Shown here: positions 19,077-30,437 of the stretch, one piece after another
Layout of the letters: every line of letters begins with the position of its first letter
Position numbering within the stretch: position 1 is the first letter of the stretch
Assembly (NCBI GenBank): GCA_046704745.1
Contig: JBJKRL010000063.1
Span: 5,387 to 69,386, forward strand
Direction of reading: 5' to 3'
DNA from: Desulfocapsaceae bacterium
GTDB lineage: Bacteria; Desulfobacterota; Desulfobulbia; Desulfobulbales; Desulfocapsaceae
DNA length: 64,000 bases
The notes under the pieces: model-generated
The model's database searches: none
What the model saw: only the letters and a program-made list of their open reading frames with translations
Told to the model about the DNA's origin: nothing
Translations under genes and position numbers: made by a program

Positions 19077-22000
19077 ATGAGAAAATTTTTCATACGGCTC
19101 GGCAAATGGCTTACTTTAGCGGTTTTTGTCTGCCTTTTATTAGCGACGGTTCTCTTTATCACTTTGAAAAGAGGGATCAGTATTGATCATGTCAAGGTGG
19201 GAAAGATAACCATAAACCAGTGCCGTCTTCGTTTAGAGAACAAACTCCATGTAACCATTGGCGGTATTATACTTTCCTCTAAGATCGAAAACCAGGGGGA
19301 GATCTTAAATTTTTCCACTCTTCGGAAGGTGAGGGTTTCTTTTGATCTCGCGGCAAAATATTTCAATGTCATCAGTATTAAAAACATCACCATTGGCGAC
19401 ACTTCGGCGACCTTTGCTTTGCATGGTGACGGTACCGGTGGATTAAGCCTTACCAATCCGGCTTATTCTCTGGCAACAACCTTCACCTCTTCCAAGTCCC
19501 TATTTACATTTAATATTCAGGAGGTTAAAAGTAATGCGTATCGCAGTCGGGGGAGCGGAAAAATAAACCTGGATGTCGAGCAAAAGAAATTTGTCGGCGA
19601 TATCCAGGTTGATGTAGCCCAAACACTGCCACTGCATCTTCATGTGACAGGAGATGGCTATAAGGTGAGTTTTGCAGGAAAAGGTACGGGTGCAGTTGGA
19701 AATATCCGTCCGGTTGTCGAGCTTTTCAACCTTGGACCCGATATACAACCTTGGATTACGGACGCCTTAAAAGCGAAATCTTTTACCCTTGACGTCATCA
19801 AGGGAACCATCCCATATGCGGCACCGGGAAATGTTTTTCGCACACTCTATGGAAAGGCTTCTGTTCAGGATTGCGAGTATTCCTTTGAGCCTAAATTGCC
19901 CCCGATCACATCTTCATCAACTGTTGTGGTTTTCGAGAATGGGGTTTTGAAGATTTATCCTCAGAAACCTGCTTATGCAGGCGTTGATGCCGGCAAAAGT
20001 TGGTTGGATATTGATTTCAATTCCGAAGATCCCTTACTTAATGCTCATTTCAGAACCGAAACCGGGCTGAGTGATGAAATACTCAATCTTCTAAATTTCT
20101 ATGATATACATTTGCCGTTCAAACAGACAGAAGGAATTACAGATGCCGACCTGAGGCTTTCCATAGACCTGGCAAAGATAAAGGTTAGTGCGGAAGGGAC
20201 GTTCAAGCTAACTCATGGAACCTTTCTTTTTAGGCAAAAACCTTACACGGTAACCGATTCAACAGTCTTGCTTTCAGATGACAAGGTTACCGTAAAAGAG
20301 ATGCATATCGACTATCAGGATATGGCAAAACTCAAGATTGACGGGAAGCTTGACTTCGGTTCAAAAAAGGAAGATTTGAACATTATTCCAGAAAAATTCG
20401 ATCTTCCTTGGCAGGGAAAAAAGATGTCCCTTGACACTTCGAAGAACGTAATTTTTCAATATCATCGCAAGGGAAATACTGAAACCTTTACCGCCCCTGA
20501 GTCAGACTGGCAAATCGGCACGATTCCCATCAGGATTGAAGGATTTACCATACCAGTGGAGGCTGAAGATCCTTCAGGGAACCTCGCCGGTATACATATC
20601 GATATTTTGCCGTATTGCAGGGTGCTGCTCTCGGGAAACTTCAATCTCAAAACCCCAACCTTCAACTTTCTTGCCGATATTCAAGGTTTAGCAGCCGCCA
20701 AGGTCAAACTCGGTCAGCAACATCTCTTATTAAAACTGGATTACACAAAGGAACTTGAAATTTCCTCGGACAGCGAAACCCAGTGGCTGATTAAAGGGGA
20801 AAAGTTGCGTATCAGTCCGTTCAAACTGAAATATTCAGGGAAAATGCTAGCGGTTGAACGATTTGGGTTGCGGTTTGAGGATTTCCTGAAAGGGACGCTG
20901 CATGGTATATTTGATCTCTCTCTTGAGAAAGGTTTTTTTGTGTTGGATCAGCTGATTATAGATCATCCTGGCGGAGAACTTCCTGATTTTACCGGAAGAA
21001 ATCTGGTGGCGGATCTGGCGTTTGACGGTGGAACAATTTCTGTCGCCATCCCTCAATTGGGACTTTCTTATCAAAGGAATCGAACCTCAAGCTGGGTTGT
21101 CCATATTGAAGAATTGGGAAAATTCTATGACCGATCCAAGTTCTTGCAAAAATATAATCTGAATCGCGGGGCAATAAACATCTGGAAGGCGGCAAACACA
21201 CCGCTCATGTTTACCGGCAATATTACATATCCTTATAGTTTGCTGGTTAAAAATAACATACCGGTCAATGAGTTCGATTTTAAAGGGCAGTATGAGAACG
21301 GATATCTTGATGCAACGATCAATGATGACCTGCATCTGCACTATGTGGAAAGAATGCAGATTTCTTCCAACAGTATCGGGTATAATTTTTCTGCGATTCG
21401 ATCATACCTGGAAGACCATATCGCAAAGGAAGACGGTCAGTCCAAGGAGGAAATACCCGATTTCGATCTCCAAGCCGACAAAACCTCTCTTTATCTCAAT
21501 CCCTCTCAGAGTGCTCCTGCTGAGCAGTTACAGATTCACTCAGAAGATGGCAAATTGACCGCACAATTGAGGTATGGTAAGGGAAAGGCCGAGTTTCAGA
21601 TGAACAATGAAAATTTTACACTTCTGGGCCAAGACTTCGGGGAAAAGTTCTTAGACGGGATACTGAAGGATTCCCAGTTTATTGGAGGAAAGCTCTCCTT
21701 TTATGTCAGTGGATTATTGACGAAATTCAGAGGGGTGGTGAAGATTGAAAACAGTGTTATAAAAAACGGGGTGATATTAAACAATATCATGGCGTTCATC
21801 AGTACCGTACCGGATTTGATCACCTTTTCCCTGCCGGGATACAGTCTGCAGGGAATGCCTTTTAGACGACTGTATGCTGGGTTTGTCTATGACAATCATA
21901 CCATAGATGTCAAGACCTTTGCCGTGGAATCAAATGCCCTTGATATGACCGGAACCGGCAACATCAATCTGGTGAAAAATTCCATTAAGATGAACATCGA

Positions 22001-22280
22001 TCTTATTAGTAAGACAAAAAAATATGTAAGTAAAATTCCTTTGTTGGGATACATATTGGTGGGAGATACAAAACAACCGACAGTGACTCTGAAAGTGGAA
22101 GGAAAACTCGATGATCCGGATGTGAATACTTCTGCATACGTAGAGATCGTTAAGACGCCTTTTGATATTCTTTTCAGAACAATCAGTCTTCCTTCTCATA
22201 TACTGGAACAACTGGAAAAAGCAGCAACGGATTCTTCCGATTCGGCAGTATCTCCTAAGAAAAAAGGAAATGGAAAGTAG
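19077..22280 (+). CDS. AsmA-family / YhdP-like large envelope protein
   Basis: 1067 aa with one N-terminal TM anchor followed by a long beta-rich repetitive body. The C-terminal region (MTGTGNINL, VTLKVEGKLDDPDV) resembles the AsmA-like C-terminal domain. Confidence 0.55.
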   Translation: MRKFFIRLGKWLTLAVFVCLLLATVLFITLKRGISIDHVKVGKITINQCRLRLENKLHVTIGGIILSSKIENQGEILNFSTLRKVRVSFDLAAKYFNVISIKNITIGDTSATFALHGDGTGGLSLTNPAYSLATTFTSSKSLFTFNIQEVKSNAYRSRGSGKINLDVEQKKFVGDIQVDVAQTLPLHLHVTGDGYKVSFAGKGTGAVGNIRPVVELFNLGPDIQPWITDALKAKSFTLDVIKGTIPYAAPGNVFRTLYGKASVQDCEYSFEPKLPPITSSSTVVVFENGVLKIYPQKPAYAGVDAGKSWLDIDFNSEDPLLNAHFRTETGLSDEILNLLNFYDIHLPFKQTEGITDADLRLSIDLAKIKVSAEGTFKLTHGTFLFRQKPYTVTDSTVLLSDDKVTVKEMHIDYQDMAKLKIDGKLDFGSKKEDLNIIPEKFDLPWQGKKMSLDTSKNVIFQYHRKGNTETFTAPESDWQIGTIPIRIEGFTIPVEAEDPSGNLAGIHIDILPYCRVLLSGNFNLKTPTFNFLADIQGLAAAKVKLGQQHLLLKLDYTKELEISSDSETQWLIKGEKLRISPFKLKYSGKMLAVERFGLRFEDFLKGTLHGIFDLSLEKGFFVLDQLIIDHPGGELPDFTGRNLVADLAFDGGTISVAIPQLGLSYQRNRTSSWVVHIEELGKFYDRSKFLQKYNLNRGAINIWKAANTPLMFTGNITYPYSLLVKNNIPVNEFDFKGQYENGYLDATINDDLHLHYVERMQISSNSIGYNFSAIRSYLEDHIAKEDGQSKEEIPDFDLQADKTSLYLNPSQSAPAEQLQIHSEDGKLTAQLRYGKGKAEFQMNNENFTLLGQDFGEKFLDGILKDSQFIGGKLSFYVSGLLTKFRGVVKIENSVIKNGVILNNIMAFISTVPDLITFSLPGYSLQGMPFRRLYAGFVYDNHTIDVKTFAVESNALDMTGTGNINLVKNSIKMNIDLISKTKKYVSKIPLLGYILVGDTKQPTVTLKVEGKLDDPDVNTSAYVEIVKTPFDILFRTISLPSHILEQLEKAATDSSDSAVSPKKKGNGK

Positions 22281-22283
22281 GAT

Positions 22284-23048
22284 ATGATTAATGGAAAAAA
22301 AATAGTTGTTGTCATGCCTGCCTACAATGCGGAAAAAACAATAGTAAAAACCTACTATGAAATTCCGAAATCAATTGTCGATGAGGTCATCCTCGTTGAT
22401 GACAAAAGCAAAGATCATACAGTAGAAATATCTCAACGGCTCGGGATTACGACCATCCTCCATACTGAAAATATGGGATACGGGGGGAATCAGAAAACCT
22501 GCTATAAAGCGGCATTAAGTAAAGGTGCCGATATAGTAATCATGCTGCATCCCGACTATCAATATACGCCGAGACTCATAATGGCTATGGCCTCTCTTAT
22601 TTCAGAAGGTCTTTTTGATTGTGTTCTCGGATCCCGGATATTGGGCACGGGTGCCTTGAAAGGAGGAATGCCCGTTTATAAATATTTAGCCAACCGGGTA
22701 TTGACTGCCTTTCAAAATCTTATGCTCGGCCACAAGTTGTCGGAATACCATACCGGTTATCGGGCTTTTTCCAAAAAAATCCTGGAAACACTCCCATTGG
22801 AAACCAATTCGGATGATTTCGTTTTTGACAATCAGATGTTGGCGCAAATCATCTTTGCAAAATTTTCCATAGGAGAGATCACCTGTCCTACTCTTTATTT
22901 CGAAGATGCCTCATCCATAAGTCCTGCTAGAGCCATGAAATATGGTCTTGGCGTCCTGGCTACCTGTTTCGAGTACAAGGCCCATTCTTTGAAATGGATC
23001 GCAAGCTCTCGATTTTCCCCTCTTAACAGTATAAGAGAGGCAAACTGA
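22284..23048 (+). CDS. Family 2 glycosyltransferase
   Basis: VVVMPAYNAEKTI and VILVDDKSKDHT form the GT-A N-terminal signature. The start lies 4 nt after the previous stop. Confidence 0.8.
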   Translation: MINGKKIVVVMPAYNAEKTIVKTYYEIPKSIVDEVILVDDKSKDHTVEISQRLGITTILHTENMGYGGNQKTCYKAALSKGADIVIMLHPDYQYTPRLIMAMASLISEGLFDCVLGSRILGTGALKGGMPVYKYLANRVLTAFQNLMLGHKLSEYHTGYRAFSKKILETLPLETNSDDFVFDNQMLAQIIFAKFSIGEITCPTLYFEDASSISPARAMKYGLGVLATCFEYKAHSLKWIASSRFSPLNSIREAN

Positions 23049-23410
23049 TTATTGCCCTGTAAAATAAAATGGGAAAACACACGGATGTTTTTCACAGGAT
23101 CACGTTTGTGCCGAAAAAGGGCTCTTGGATTCAGCATACTTTTGCTGGTAATGCTGAAAATAATAATCCGGCGGAGCTCATCGTTTCCGGCCCCTGCTCT
23201 GCGATCTTAGCGCCAGTTCACCGGAGCTGACAGACAGGCTGTCCCTGGCCTGCAGTCAGTTCCGGACGTCCTGTCCGCAACCGGGCCTCGTGTGCTTAAC
23301 CGACGGGACTCCGCGATGCGTCCTCCATCGAGGACCTCTACCTTCCAGGGTTGTCGAAAAGTATGCGATGAACCCGAAAAAGACCTTTTAATCAACCGTG
23401 ACTTTTACTC

Positions 23411-24163
23411 TCATTCGATGAGATCGAGACAGGCAAATCCAGGTTCGTGGAGCGGGATTATGATATCGGCCATTTTTTTGACTTTGAGCATTATATCGTA
23501 GGCATTATAGCTGTTGACAGTGGTTCCCGGAGGAATGACTTCCATCTCCATGGCTCGGATTTTGGCAGGCGGCTCAAAATTTTCTTTTATCACGCAAAAA
23601 CCGGTAATAGCGGCCTTGCCATTTTTAGTATCAACAAAGACCGTCATGCCGCCCGGGGTATGAATGGGGGTGTGCATCACCTTGATACCAGGGAGTATTT
23701 CCCTGTCTTCTGCCACTATTTGAATTTGATTATTTTCTTCAATCTCTAAAATAAAATCTTCCACATAGCGAAAATCCAGAGGATGAGGATTTTTGATAGT
23801 GCTAAGTTCCTTTTCGTGGATAAAGAAACGGGCATTGGTACATTTATAGTCGTTTTCACAGTGATCGGCATGCAGGTGGGTATGGATGACGATATCGATG
23901 TCGGCAGGGGTCAGATTGAAATTGGCCAGGCCTTCCTCAATCGTATGAATCTTTCCGCCTATGGCCTTTTCGCGGTCTGCGGATTGCACCGGATGCATCT
24001 CGCCCGTATCAACAAGAATGGTTTTATCACCACCTTCCAGATACCAACTGTAGATTGGGATGGTGTAGGGTGTACCGTAATCGTGTTGATAGGTCATCAT
24101 CCCTTTATCGAAAATCTTGGTGCCGACCACAATGGGATGTATTTTATAGATGGACATGGACAT
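23411..24163 (-). CDS. MBL-fold metallo-hydrolase (lactonase-like)
   Basis: 250 aa. HTHLHADHCEN is the HxHxDH zinc motif. Confidence 0.8.
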   Translation of the reverse strand: MSMSIYKIHPIVVGTKIFDKGMMTYQHDYGTPYTIPIYSWYLEGGDKTILVDTGEMHPVQSADREKAIGGKIHTIEEGLANFNLTPADIDIVIHTHLHADHCENDYKCTNARFFIHEKELSTIKNPHPLDFRYVEDFILEIEENNQIQIVAEDREILPGIKVMHTPIHTPGGMTVFVDTKNGKAAITGFCVIKENFEPPAKIRAMEMEVIPPGTTVNSYNAYDIMLKVKKMADIIIPLHEPGFACLDLIE

Positions 24164-24531
24164 GTCTCCTGTTTGAGGTTCGAAGATTGATAAAAAATGC
24201 TCAGGGATACGACAAATGTCAATACTCTTCCCCTTCAGATAGCACGAGATGTTTCAAGAAACCACTCTTGTGGTCAAATTTTTCAGGGTTCACCAAGGGA
24301 CGCTATGAAGAAAAGATGCTATAAAAATGGAGTGCTTTTGCAGAAGAAGTCTGGTACAAAGGTAAGATAATCAGTTGGTTACCAGACGTGTATTGATTGT
24401 TGTTTCATGAATTTAAACAGACGGCAATAGAGGTCTGGCACAATGAACGTTAGAAGTTGATTTCGCAACAAAACCACTCTGGCAGCAACAATAAATTTCG
24501 GAGCAAGTCTGCGCCGAAAAAGGAGGAATAA

Positions 24532-25662
24532 ATGAATCTGGAGCCACATTGCCTGTCCGGTATAAGGGTTCTTGATCTGAGCCAATATCTGCCAGGTCCG
24601 TTTGCCACACAAATACTCGCTGATCTCGGTGCCGAGGTGGTCAAGGTCGAGCCGCCGGCCGGAGACCCGATGCGGGGCTTCATCTTTGTCGACAGTGATG
24701 GTGTCTCTCCATTCTATAAACAGGTCAATGCCGGTAAAACGATTGTCCGACTTGATCTGAAAACAACGAATGATAGTGATGTTTTTGAACGATTGACAAA
24801 AAGAGCCGACGTCCTATTGGAATCCTTCCGACCCGGGGTGATGGATCGTTTGGGTTTTGATAAAAGACGGCTGGCAGCAGCCAATCCACGCCTTGTCCAT
24901 TGTGCTCTGTCCGGTTTTGGTCAGGCCGGCTCCTATCGTCTACGCGGTGGTCATGATCTTACCTACGCTGCTTTAACAGGCGGATTGTCGGCCACCGGCA
25001 CCGAGGCTGAACCTGTGATTGTCTTTCCTCCTCTTGCCGACCATGCCGGAGCCCAACAGGCGGTTATCACTATCCTGGCGGCCTTGGTGCGCCGGGGCAT
25101 TACGGGAAAAGGGGGCTATATCGATGTGAGTCTTTTTGAGACGGCTCTTTCCTGGCAATCGATAGGGATGATCGTTGCCGGCCGTGATCCGAATAAAATT
25201 AAACGAGGTCATGGCTTGCTGACAGGCGGTGCCGCCTATTATCATATTTACCAAACTTCCGATAGACGTTTTATGGCCTTGGCTGCTATTGAAGAGAAAT
25301 TCTGGGCGGCATTCTGCAGGGCGGTCGACCGGCCGGAATGGGTGGCAAGACAGAATGAACCGTTGCCGCAAAAGTCATTGATCGCAGATCTTCAGATGCT
25401 TTTCACTGCCCGTAACTTCGAACAGTGGTGTCAGGTTGCCACTCAGGTCGATTGCTGTATGGAACCGATTTTAAATCATCAGGAAGTGATTGCTCATTCT
25501 CACGTGATCGATCGAAAACTTGTGGCTACCCATGGTAAGGAGGACCAGACAGCCGAAGTCCTCTTTCCCGCTTGGATTGACGAGCATCCTCCTCAATCAC
25601 GTCCCGTATTAAAGGAAGTTTCTGCAGGTGATATCCTCAAGAGTTGGCGGACAGAGCGTTAA
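24532..25662 (+). CDS. CaiB/BaiF family III CoA-transferase
   Basis: LSGIRVLDLSQYLPGPFATQILADLGAEVVKVEPPAGD is the family III CoA-transferase N-terminal signature. Confidence 0.85.
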   Translation: MNLEPHCLSGIRVLDLSQYLPGPFATQILADLGAEVVKVEPPAGDPMRGFIFVDSDGVSPFYKQVNAGKTIVRLDLKTTNDSDVFERLTKRADVLLESFRPGVMDRLGFDKRRLAAANPRLVHCALSGFGQAGSYRLRGGHDLTYAALTGGLSATGTEAEPVIVFPPLADHAGAQQAVITILAALVRRGITGKGGYIDVSLFETALSWQSIGMIVAGRDPNKIKRGHGLLTGGAAYYHIYQTSDRRFMALAAIEEKFWAAFCRAVDRPEWVARQNEPLPQKSLIADLQMLFTARNFEQWCQVATQVDCCMEPILNHQEVIAHSHVIDRKLVATHGKEDQTAEVLFPAWIDEHPPQSRPVLKEVSAGDILKSWRTER

Positions 25663-26097
25663 CTTTTGGCAACCAAGAAAATGCCTGCCAGTTAAATTGT
25701 GTATATACGCGAAAGGTAGAACCGCGTCAAAGCCGATATCCATCCTTGATTAGTCGTCGATTTATCATAACAACGATAGAAGCTTAGCGTTTTCCTTATT
25801 GTTCGGCCGGGTCGTTCTGAAAGGGTGATACAAGGACGAGATCAACGATTTTTGGACATAAATTTACAACCAGATGTCTTGAAAATTAAACGATTACAAA
25901 ACTATACATACTTCCTCGCCAATAGATATATTCGTCAAAAATTATTGAAAACCAGGGTTGAATGTGCTAGCCTCAGAATTGATCCGTATTTTTTTTGTTT
26001 CCGGCAACCTGTTTCCTATGAAGCAAAGAGCCAGACTTTTCCTTAGCGTTTTGTCAAAGGGCAAAACATAACCAATTAACGAGATAAGGAGGATGGG

Positions 26098-27129
26098 ATG
26101 AAACTCTTGAAAGCAGGGATGATGTTAATGTTGGCTGCTGTTGTCTTCGTCATAGCCCCGGCAGTCAGCGCCAGAGCTGGCGACACGCTGAGTACAGTAA
26201 AGGCACGGGGATATGTCCTGGTGGGGGTCAATGGCGGATTGTTCGGCTTCGGTATGCCGGATGAAAAGGGCGTCTGGCATGGTCTTGATGTGGATACGGC
26301 TCGAGCAATATCCACCGGAATTTTCGGAACCCCCGATAAGGTTAAATTCGTGACACTGACTACCCAGACGCGCTTTACCGCTCTGCAGTCCAAGGAAATC
26401 GATGTGCTCTGCCGAAATGCTACGAGGACGCTGAGCAGAGAGGCGAAATTGGGTCTGGCTTTCGTCCACGTCAACTACTATGATGGACAAGGATTTATGG
26501 TCCCGAAAAAACTCGGGATTACTAGTGCGTTAAAGCTCAGTGGTGCCAGTGTCTGCGTTCTGCCCGGAACGACCACCGAAATGAATCTCGCCGACTATTT
26601 CCGGGCCAACAATATGACGATGAAACCGGTGGTCATCGAGCAGAACACTGAGCTGTATCGGGCCTTTTTTGCCGGGAGATGCGACGTTGTAACCTCGGAT
26701 TCCTCGCAGCTGGCTGGGATTCGTGCGGTGGCCAAGAATCCACAGGATTATGTGATTCTGCCGCAGATCATCTCCAAAGAACCGCTGGCCCCGGCCGTTC
26801 GCAATGATGATGCTCAGTGGCGCAATGTCGTTGACTACTGTGTAATGGCCATGATTGAGGCCGAAGATCTGGGCATCACATCCAAGAATGTCGACGAGAT
26901 GCTCAAGAGCAAAAATCCCGATATTCAGCGTTTTCTGGGTGTCATCCCGGGCAACGGCGAGGACCTTGGGCTGAGTGATAAATTCGCCTACAATATTGTC
27001 AAGTACGTCGGTAACTATGGTGAGGTATTTGAAAGGAATGTCGGCATTCATACCAAGCTCGGACTGAAAAGGGGCCTCAACGCCTTGTGGAAGGACGGTG
27101 GTTTGATGTATGTTCCGCCGTTTGATTAA
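26098..27129 (+). CDS. aapJ: General L-amino-acid ABC transporter, periplasmic binding protein (AapJ/BztA-like)
   Basis: 343 aa with a signal peptide and the solute-binding family 3 pattern. It is followed by two long permeases and an ATPase in the aapJQMP order. Confidence 0.75.
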   Translation: MKLLKAGMMLMLAAVVFVIAPAVSARAGDTLSTVKARGYVLVGVNGGLFGFGMPDEKGVWHGLDVDTARAISTGIFGTPDKVKFVTLTTQTRFTALQSKEIDVLCRNATRTLSREAKLGLAFVHVNYYDGQGFMVPKKLGITSALKLSGASVCVLPGTTTEMNLADYFRANNMTMKPVVIEQNTELYRAFFAGRCDVVTSDSSQLAGIRAVAKNPQDYVILPQIISKEPLAPAVRNDDAQWRNVVDYCVMAMIEAEDLGITSKNVDEMLKSKNPDIQRFLGVIPGNGEDLGLSDKFAYNIVKYVGNYGEVFERNVGIHTKLGLKRGLNALWKDGGLMYVPPFD

Positions 27130-27220
27130 ATAGACCCGTTTACCCCGGAGTTCGGTCTGATTCGGCCGGACTCCGGGAAAGCGGTTGATTGTGATTGTTT
27201 CAGGTTGCAAGAGAGGACGC

Positions 27221-28417
27221 GTGCTAAAAGGACAAACCGGGGAAACGGAGCGGAGTCAGGCGGAGAAGATCCCGTTCTGGCATGATCCCGACAAGCTTGC
27301 CATAGTCTATCAAGGAGTAGCCCTGGCCCTGGTATTGAGCTTCGGCTATTACCTTTTCTATAATGCCCAGACCAATCTAGCCAGGCAGAATATCAGTACC
27401 GGCTTCGGCTTTTTGCATCAGCAGGCCGGCTTCGATATCGGCGAATCGATGATTGCCTACTCGGCGGCCGATACGTACCTCCGGGCCTTGACCGTGGGTC
27501 TGCTCAATACGTTGAAGGTCTCTCTTTTGGGCATTATCCTGACGGTAATACTAGGAATTATCGTCGGTGTCTCCCGTCTGTCGACAAACTGGCTGGTATC
27601 AAGACTCGCTGCCATCTATATCGAGGTCCTGCAGAACATCCCGGTACTCCTGCAGTTGTTCTTCTGGTATGCGCTGTTTCATAGCGCTCTGCCTTCTCCA
27701 CGGCAATCATTGCACCCGCTCCCCGGCGTCGTTTTTAATAATCGGGGATTCTATTATCCTCTACCGGTGTACAATTCTGCATATACCTGGATGGGAGTGG
27801 CCTTTGTCCTCGCCTTGATCGCAGGCTGGGTGCTGCGAAGATGGGCCAAGCGGCGCCAGGAATTGACGGGTGCGATCTTTCCAGCGGGATGGGTGAGTTT
27901 TGGACTGGCCGTGGTTGCGCCGGCGGTGACCTGGGCGGTCTGCGGTGCGCCGACCCAAATGAATATTCCACATCTTTCCGGTTTCAATTTCGTGGGCGGT
28001 ATTAATTTCAGTCCTGAGTTCGGGGCGCTGCTGCTGGGTCTGGTTCTGTATACCTCTGCCTTTGTCGCCGAGATTGTCCGCAGCGGTATTCAGGCTATTA
28101 CCAAGGGGCAGACCGAAGCGGCCATGAGTCTGGGTTTGAAACCGGGCCGGATTTTAACCTTGGTCATCCTGCCACAGGCCTTGCGGATCATCATTCCGCC
28201 GCTCACCTCGCAGATGTTGAACCTGATCAAGAACAGCTCGTTGGCCATCGCCATCGGCTATCCGGATATCGTGGCGGTGGCCAATACGACCATCAATCAG
28301 ACGGGACAAGCCATCGAAGGGGTGGCCCTGATCATGGCCGCCTACCTGTTCTTCAGCCTCCTGACCTCAGCGATTATGAATTGGTACAACAAGAAAAAGG
28401 CCTTAGTTGAAAGGTAA
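27221..28417 (+). CDS. aapQ: Amino-acid ABC transporter permease (AapQ-like)
   Basis: Polytopic. It has the EAA-type loop AITKGQTEAAMSLGL. The start is uncertain: GTG at 27221 after GAGG, versus TTG at 27185. Confidence 0.75.
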   Translation: MLKGQTGETERSQAEKIPFWHDPDKLAIVYQGVALALVLSFGYYLFYNAQTNLARQNISTGFGFLHQQAGFDIGESMIAYSAADTYLRALTVGLLNTLKVSLLGIILTVILGIIVGVSRLSTNWLVSRLAAIYIEVLQNIPVLLQLFFWYALFHSALPSPRQSLHPLPGVVFNNRGFYYPLPVYNSAYTWMGVAFVLALIAGWVLRRWAKRRQELTGAIFPAGWVSFGLAVVAPAVTWAVCGAPTQMNIPHLSGFNFVGGINFSPEFGALLLGLVLYTSAFVAEIVRSGIQAITKGQTEAAMSLGLKPGRILTLVILPQALRIIIPPLTSQMLNLIKNSSLAIAIGYPDIVAVANTTINQTGQAIEGVALIMAAYLFFSLLTSAIMNWYNKKKALVER

Positions 28418-28420
28418 CTA

Positions 28421-29509
28421 ATGGGATTTACGAAAACTCAAATAAGCGACCCCGATCTCGGACCACCGATAACCGAGGTCGGTCCGATTGGCTGGATGAA
28501 GTCCAATCTCTTCAACAGCCCGATGAATTCGCTGCTGACGGCCCTGATCCTGTATGCCCTCTACAAGATCATCCCGCCGTTATTCAGATGGATGTTCATC
28601 GGTAGCGTCTGGTCGACGTCGGGTCAAGCCTGCAACCAGGCGAGCGGTGCCTGCTGGTCGGTGGTAACACACAATTTCCGTTTTATTATCTTCGGTTTTT
28701 ATCCCTATAATCAGCAGTGGCGCCCAACGGTTGCCATCGGGCTTTTGTTTATCCTGATCTTCGTCAGCCACTATCGCCGTTTCTGGAGCAAGGCTCTGCT
28801 TGTCTTCTGGCTTGTCGGCATTGTGATCATGGGCGTGATCCTGCGGGGAGGAGTCTTTGGTTTGCCGATAGTCGAGACCACGAAGTGGAGCGGTATCATT
28901 CTAACCCTGATGCTGGCTCTTTTCGGATTGACAGCGGCCTATCCTCTCGGTGTTTTGCTGGCTCTGGGACGACGGTCCTCCTTGCCGGCCATCAAGACGC
29001 TCAGCGTGGTCTATATCGAACTGATACGCGGCGTGCCGTTGATCAGCATGCTGTTCATGTCATCGGTGATGTTTCCGCTGTTTTTGCCGCAGGGAATCAC
29101 AATCAATGCGATCCTGCGGGCGCAGGTGGCCATCATCCTGTTTACCGCAGCCTATATAGCTGAAGTGGTGCGCGGCGGACTTCAGGCGATTCCCAAAGGC
29201 CAGTACGAAGCGGCAGAGGCCCTGGGCCTGAACTATTCGCAGAAAATGCGCCTGGTCGTCCTGCCCCAGGCCTTGAAGATCGTGATTCCTCCCACGGTGA
29301 GCATCTTGATTTCGGCGTTCAAGGACACGTCGCTGGTCGTGATCATCGGTTTGTTCGACTTGATGAAAACCACCCAGGTGACCCTGTCCGATCCAGAGTG
29401 GTCGGGATTCAGCACCGAGGCGTATCTTTTTATCGCCGTGCTCTATTTCGTCGGTTGTTTCGTGATGGCGAATTTCAGCCGTAATCTGGAAAAAGAACTG
29501 AAAACCTGA
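28421..29509 (+). CDS. aapM: Amino-acid ABC transporter permease (AapM-like)
   Basis: 362 aa, polytopic, with the loop [15 protein letters not shown]. Confidence 0.8.
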   Translation: MGFTKTQISDPDLGPPITEVGPIGWMKSNLFNSPMNSLLTALILYALYKIIPPLFRWMFIGSVWSTSGQACNQASGACWSVVTHNFRFIIFGFYPYNQQWRPTVAIGLLFILIFVSHYRRFWSKALLVFWLVGIVIMGVILRGGVFGLPIVETTKWSGIILTLMLALFGLTAAYPLGVLLALGRRSSLPAIKTLSVVYIELIRGVPLISMLFMSSVMFPLFLPQGITINAILRAQVAIILFTAAYIAEVVRGGLQAIPKGQYEAAEALGLNYSQKMRLVVLPQALKIVIPPTVSILISAFKDTSLVVIIGLFDLMKTTQVTLSDPEWSGFSTEAYLFIAVLYFVGCFVMANFSRNLEKELKT

Positions 29510-29574
29510 AAAGAAACGAAAGAGGATATAGTTCAGCGCTGATCGCGCAGAAAAAAATACAAAAAGGTAATAAG

Positions 29575-30342
29575 ATGACTGCTGAGCCCGTCTCAGGGGC
29601 CGCCTCCGGCAAACCTGTTATTGAAATAATCGATTTACACAAGTGGTATGGAGACTTCCATGTTCTGCAGGATATCAATCTCTCCGTACAGAAAGGTGAG
29701 CGCATCGTGATCTGCGGCCCGTCCGGTTCAGGGAAATCTACGATGATCCGCTGTATTAACCGCCTGGAACAGCATCAGCGCGGCAAAATCATCGTCAACG
29801 ATGTCGAACTGACAAACGATATTAAAAACATAGAAATAATACGAGCCGAAGTCGGCATGGTCTTTCAGCATTTCAACCTTTTTCCTCATTTAACGATTCT
29901 GGAAAACCTGACTTTGGGACCTATCTGGGTCAGAAAAGTTCCCCGGTCCGAAGCCGAAGAAACAGCCATGTATTATTTGGAAAAGGTGCAGATTGCCGAA
30001 CAGGCGAAAAAGTATCCCGGTCAGTTATCGGGAGGCCAGCAGCAACGGGTGGCCATTGCCCGCAGCCTGTGCATGAAGCCCATGGTCATGCTCTTTGATG
30101 AACCTACCAGTGCGCTGGATCCCGAGATGGTTAAAGAGGTCTTGGACGTTATGATTAATCTTGCCCAGGAGGGAATGACCATGCTGGTGGTTTCCCATGA
30201 AATGGGTTTTGCCCGCAGTGTTGCCCACCGGGTGCTCTTTATGGATGCCGGTCAGATTGTGGAAGAGAACAATCCGGAAGACTTTTTCCACAATCCGCAG
30301 AATGAACGGACCAAAAAATTCCTCAGCCAGATCCTGCATTAG
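29575..30342 (+). CDS. aapP: Amino-acid ABC transporter ATP-binding protein (AapP-like)
   Basis: Walker [10 protein letters not shown], signature [13 protein letters not shown], and Walker [12 protein letters not shown]. Confidence 0.9.
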   Translation: MTAEPVSGAASGKPVIEIIDLHKWYGDFHVLQDINLSVQKGERIVICGPSGSGKSTMIRCINRLEQHQRGKIIVNDVELTNDIKNIEIIRAEVGMVFQHFNLFPHLTILENLTLGPIWVRKVPRSEAEETAMYYLEKVQIAEQAKKYPGQLSGGQQQRVAIARSLCMKPMVMLFDEPTSALDPEMVKEVLDVMINLAQEGMTMLVVSHEMGFARSVAHRVLFMDAGQIVEENNPEDFFHNPQNERTKKFLSQILH

Positions 30343-30437
30343 CACCTTAGAAATTCATTCCTTGTTTTTTAGAATGAGTTTTGTGAAGGTATTTATCCAG
30401 CTCTTTTCCGCTGGGCTTATATTCCTCTTGCGGGGTA

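Noticed and set aside
23171-23340. SRP (4.5S) RNA, RNase P RNA or tmRNA in the GC-rich island.
   Set aside because: - Neither strand contains the conserved SRP helix-8 sequence (GGUCCGGAAGGAAGCAGCC type).
- The RNase P GAGGAAAGUCCGGGC box is absent.
- The tmRNA termini are absent.
- Only a superficial TCCGGA match is present.
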